Virus record (IMG/VR): IMGVR_UViG_3300045821_000004
Span: 1 to 48,105 of that record
Source: a virus
Lineage: Duplodnaviria; Caudoviricetes
Length of the DNA stretch: 48,105 nucleotides
Direction: 5' to 3' (one strand)
The position numbers and the translations under genes were made by a program. This document shows, piece by piece, positions 45,360 to 48,105 of this stretch. The stretch's first letter is position 1; each line of letters begins with the position of its first letter. The notes below the pieces were generated by a model. It did no database searches. It was not told the DNA's origin and worked only from the letters and a program-made list of their open reading frames with translations.

Positions 45360-45422
45360 TTAATTCTCCTTAGACGTTGAGTTGCTGTCAACGCGACCTA
45401 TTGGACGCGTCTAAGAAACTAG

Positions 45423-45611
45423 TTAATAGCCGCCGTGCGGCCTTTTAAGACTTGTTGGGGATGGGTCTACCATCCTCTTCTTTTTAAAACCACATTCAGC
45501 ACCAGAAGCTTGTTCAGGTTCTACAACCTTCTTCTTCTCTATACCACTAGACCTTTGGTGTCCTTTGGTATGACTCACTTCATGGTGTGTATGCTTTGGG
45601 TGTTCGTGCAT
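45423..45611 (-). CDS. Small basic His/Lys-rich protein
   Basis: AAGGAG RBS before ATG 45611; directly after capsid gene. Confidence 0.6.
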   Translation of the reverse strand: MHEHPKHTHHEVSHTKGHQRSSGIEKKKVVEPEQASGAECGFKKKRMVDPSPTSLKRPHGGY

Positions 45612-45662
45612 ATATACTCCTTAGAGGTGGGGACTTACATCATTACTGACTGCCCCAATTCC

Positions 45663-46577
45663 TTACGGGCCGTTGACACCCCATATGGCCCTTGGGTCAG
45701 TCCAACCAAACGAATAACGCTCATACCCTTTAGCTTTCGCATTCATGGTATCAAAGTCATTGTCCTTGTCAAACTCAATGCCAATACGCTCGTAGTACTT
45801 CATACCATCCTGAACATTGGTACGAATGAACCATGCATGAGGAGAACTCAAGTAGTGGTTCAGTTTGATACCTTCAGGAAGAGCATTAGTAGCCTTGATA
45901 ACATTGATGTCATTGTTAGCCGTACCAGGAGTGTAAACACTCTTAAGGATACGGTTGGCATTGAACCATTCGTTACGAGGGATGATGATGCTCTTAGGCA
46001 TTACATTGATGAGCAGACCACGGTCATTGGTCAGACCCATGATGCTGATGAGAGCATCCTCAAGAGCAGCTTCGCTCAGGTCAACGTCTACAGAAGGCTT
46101 GTTAGCCCATATACCACCATTGGTATTGGGGTGGGCTGTACTGCAGAGAGCTACAGCATCACCACCAAGATAGGTAGCATTGAAGGCACGATTGTAGATG
46201 TTAGCAGCAATGTTCTCTTTCGTTTGACGGAAAGACATAGCCAAAGCACCAGCACGTTTCTTACTTACTTGCATGTACAAGTTGTCATCCAACTCTTCCT
46301 TGGTAATAACATAACCAAGGGCATATGCAATGTGAGTGTAACGAGTTGTGAAGCCTTGAATTTCAGAGTCATATTGAACCCCTTGACCTTCAGGTTTGAC
46401 AGGAGCCAATCCAAAGCCAGAGAGTTGAACATCTTCTTCATAGTTTTGCTTAGATGTGTCATGGTCGAACAAGTCTGTATACTCTATAGCATGTTCATTA
46501 TAGATTTGACCCCACCAAGCTTTCACCCCAGGCCATAATGACTTCGGGTGACTTGCAGTTGTGATTACGCCAGCCAT
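45663..46577 (-). CDS. Major capsid protein
   Basis: 304 aa; YEEDVQLSGFGLAPVKPEG..RYTHIAYALG..ITKEELDDNLY, DFDTMNAKAKGYERYSFGWTDPR; AAGGAG RBS. Confidence 0.9.
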   Translation of the reverse strand: MAGVITTASHPKSLWPGVKAWWGQIYNEHAIEYTDLFDHDTSKQNYEEDVQLSGFGLAPVKPEGQGVQYDSEIQGFTTRYTHIAYALGYVITKEELDDNLYMQVSKKRAGALAMSFRQTKENIAANIYNRAFNATYLGGDAVALCSTAHPNTNGGIWANKPSVDVDLSEAALEDALISIMGLTNDRGLLINVMPKSIIIPRNEWFNANRILKSVYTPGTANNDINVIKATNALPEGIKLNHYLSSPHAWFIRTNVQDGMKYYERIGIEFDKDNDFDTMNAKAKGYERYSFGWTDPRAIWGVNGP

Positions 46578-46596
46578 TTTATTTCTCCTTTAATTA

Positions 46597-47268
46597 TTAA
46601 ATACCGACCAAGCCAATGTTACCAAACTGATGCTGGTTCCATTTAGCCAAGACGTTGATGTAAGGAACTGCCGTAGAAGCAGAGGCCGCCGAAGCAATTG
46701 CACCAGAGTTGATACTATCCTGATACGCACCCAACAATTGAATGAACGTAGTACCTGCTGTATAAGACGTAGCAGGACCAGTTGCAACAATGTTAGAGAA
46801 CGGAGCACTGTTAGACAGAAGAGATGTTTGGTCGGCAACAATCGTAAGACTTGCCAGTTTATGCATATCATTCTGTGCAGCACCAGTAGCATCGAACTGT
46901 ACTTTGAAGATGATGTTAGGGTCATCCACAACATACACATAACGAACTACACCACCATTCTTTGCAAGGTAAGACTTCTCAAGAGAGAGACTATTACCAA
47001 CCAAAGATACACCAGGGTCAGCTACACGAATACCCACAACGATTCCCAAAGGAACGACAGTTGCAGAGTAAGAACCAGTAGCCGGTTTCTTTACATAGGG
47101 AACACCGTTTGAATCACTTCCTGTAGCAATAGAAACTACATCACCAATAGCATAGGTGGTAGTTGTATCAGTAGCAGGAATAGCATACAAACGGCCTTGT
47201 TCATTGTAAGCCGCGCCTGTCAGAGTACCGACAGGAGAAAGGCCATACGGAGAAGCAATAAGAGCCAT
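46597..47268 (-). CDS. Putative capsid-associated structural protein
   Basis: PYGLSPV..AIGDVV..VYVVDDPNIIFKVQ; directly upstream of MCP. Confidence 0.7.
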   Translation of the reverse strand: MALIASPYGLSPVGTLTGAAYNEQGRLYAIPATDTTTTYAIGDVVSIATGSDSNGVPYVKKPATGSYSATVVPLGIVVGIRVADPGVSLVGNSLSLEKSYLAKNGGVVRYVYVVDDPNIIFKVQFDATGAAQNDMHKLASLTIVADQTSLLSNSAPFSNIVATGPATSYTAGTTFIQLLGAYQDSINSGAIASAASASTAVPYINVLAKWNQHQFGNIGLVGI

Positions 47269-47281
47269 TTTAATTTATCCT

Positions 47282-47845
47282 TTAAATATTTTTTACGGAA
47301 ATGCCCGCATCATAGAACCCATCGGAAGAGGTTCCTTGTTTTATATTTTTGCCTTGCTTGATAGCACGGTCAATTTCATCATTTCTCTCTTGTAGCTTCT
47401 TATCATTAGACCTGAAATCTACCTCAGGGATTTTCATAATGTAGACACGCATACTGTCTCCATTTTCTTTTTTGCCAGCCATGAAGCTGACCTTATCCCC
47501 AATATCCGTTACTTCTGACAAGGCACTATTTAACCTGCCACCTAACTCTGATTGTGTTATAAACTCATAGCCAGCTTCAAGAGCTTCTTCAATACGACCA
47601 TCAACGTCGTTGAAGCCATATAGATGCCATCCGGCTTCCTTATATGCTTGTACAATGTCGGGAGGAAGTGTAAGCTTCAACTTAGTCCCATTAAACACTC
47701 TCCTGATGTCCCTACGGGGTCGGTCAGCAGCTTTTCGTATCTGCAAACCAGAAGCAGGTTTAGCTGCTTCAATACCCGTATTCTGTTCAGTCTTCTTGGC
47801 TATGATACGTTCCATCTTCTCTTCTGGTGTTAGTGCTCGTGGCAT
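47282..47845 (-). CDS. Hypothetical head-module protein
   Basis: Start ATG 47845; GWHLYGFND..GRIEEALEAGYEF..YIMKIP. Confidence 0.7.
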   Translation of the reverse strand: MPRALTPEEKMERIIAKKTEQNTGIEAAKPASGLQIRKAADRPRRDIRRVFNGTKLKLTLPPDIVQAYKEAGWHLYGFNDVDGRIEEALEAGYEFITQSELGGRLNSALSEVTDIGDKVSFMAGKKENGDSMRVYIMKIPEVDFRSNDKKLQERNDEIDRAIKQGKNIKQGTSSDGFYDAGISVKNI

Positions 47846-47858
47846 TTTATTTTCTCTC

Positions 47859-48105
47859 TTACTGTTCGTTAAATATTGCAACATACTCTTCTCTTGTCAT
47901 AAGCTTCTGTTTTACGAAGTCATCACAAGCTGCTTTGGCTTCAGGAGGCAATGAAGCATACCCCTTGTCATTCTTGTTATTAGGACTACTTGGGGCTGCT
48001 GCTTCCACTGGACTCCTCGCTTTCTGCTTTGTCTGTTTACCTAATCGTTCTGGAGAGAAGTTCTCCTCAATAGCAATGTCCAACTCACTAAGAAATTCTG
48101 TACCT
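47859..48105 (-). CDS. Capsid scaffolding protein, 3' part
   Basis: In-frame continuation of 33..743; C-terminal YASLPPEAKAACD..MTREEYV. Confidence 0.75.
   Translation of the reverse strand, partial: GTEFLSELDIAIEENFSPERLGKQTKQKARSPVEAAAPSSPNNKNDKGYASLPPEAKAACDDFVKQKLMTREEYVAIFNEQ
47979..48105. repeat. Terminal direct repeat, copy 2
   Basis: Identical to 33-159. Confidence 0.95.

Noticed and set aside
45435-46538. 367-aa plus-strand ORF
   Set aside because: Antisense shadow of the major capsid gene; no RBS or recognisable motifs.
47979-48105. 127-nt terminal repeat as biological DTR
   Set aside because: It lies mid-gene and its length equals a common assembler k-mer; it indicates circular assembly, not the physical ends.

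Overview
The window is an essentially complete, circularly permuted ~48 kb lytic podophage genome. It has phiEco32/LUZ24-type gene content, and no RNA polymerase or integrase is recognisable. Positions 33-159 repeat exactly at 47979-48105 (127 nt, assembly overlap). A hairpin-rich non-coding region (6492-7804) separates two divergent arms. The plus-strand arm (7805-28415) carries small early genes, an amidoligase/glutamine-amidotransferase/ATP-grasp cluster, primase, helicase, a two-gene family A DNA polymerase whose catalytic half is interrupted by a 343-nt group I intron, SSB, nucleases, phosphatases, a 3-TM holin and a class II ribonucleotide reductase. The minus-strand arm runs 6491->1 and continues 48105->28480. 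It carries TerS, HNH, an atypical CAT tRNA, TerL, portal, GroES, scaffold, major capsid, tail and ejection proteins, a divergent PurD-like ATP-grasp ligase, a tailspike and a Tlde1/DUF2778-like wall hydrolase. The most notable observations are: (i) covarying bulged-hairpin repeats in the non-coding region; (ii) a GNAT module bounded by 29-bp perfect direct repeats inside the big ejection protein, which is coupled to the PurD-like ligase; (iii) a shrunken tRNA wedged between HNH and terL; (iv) an intron that keeps an orphan promoter and RBS; and (v) an integron-cassette-like gene. All protein calls are motif recognition by eye; no database searches were run.
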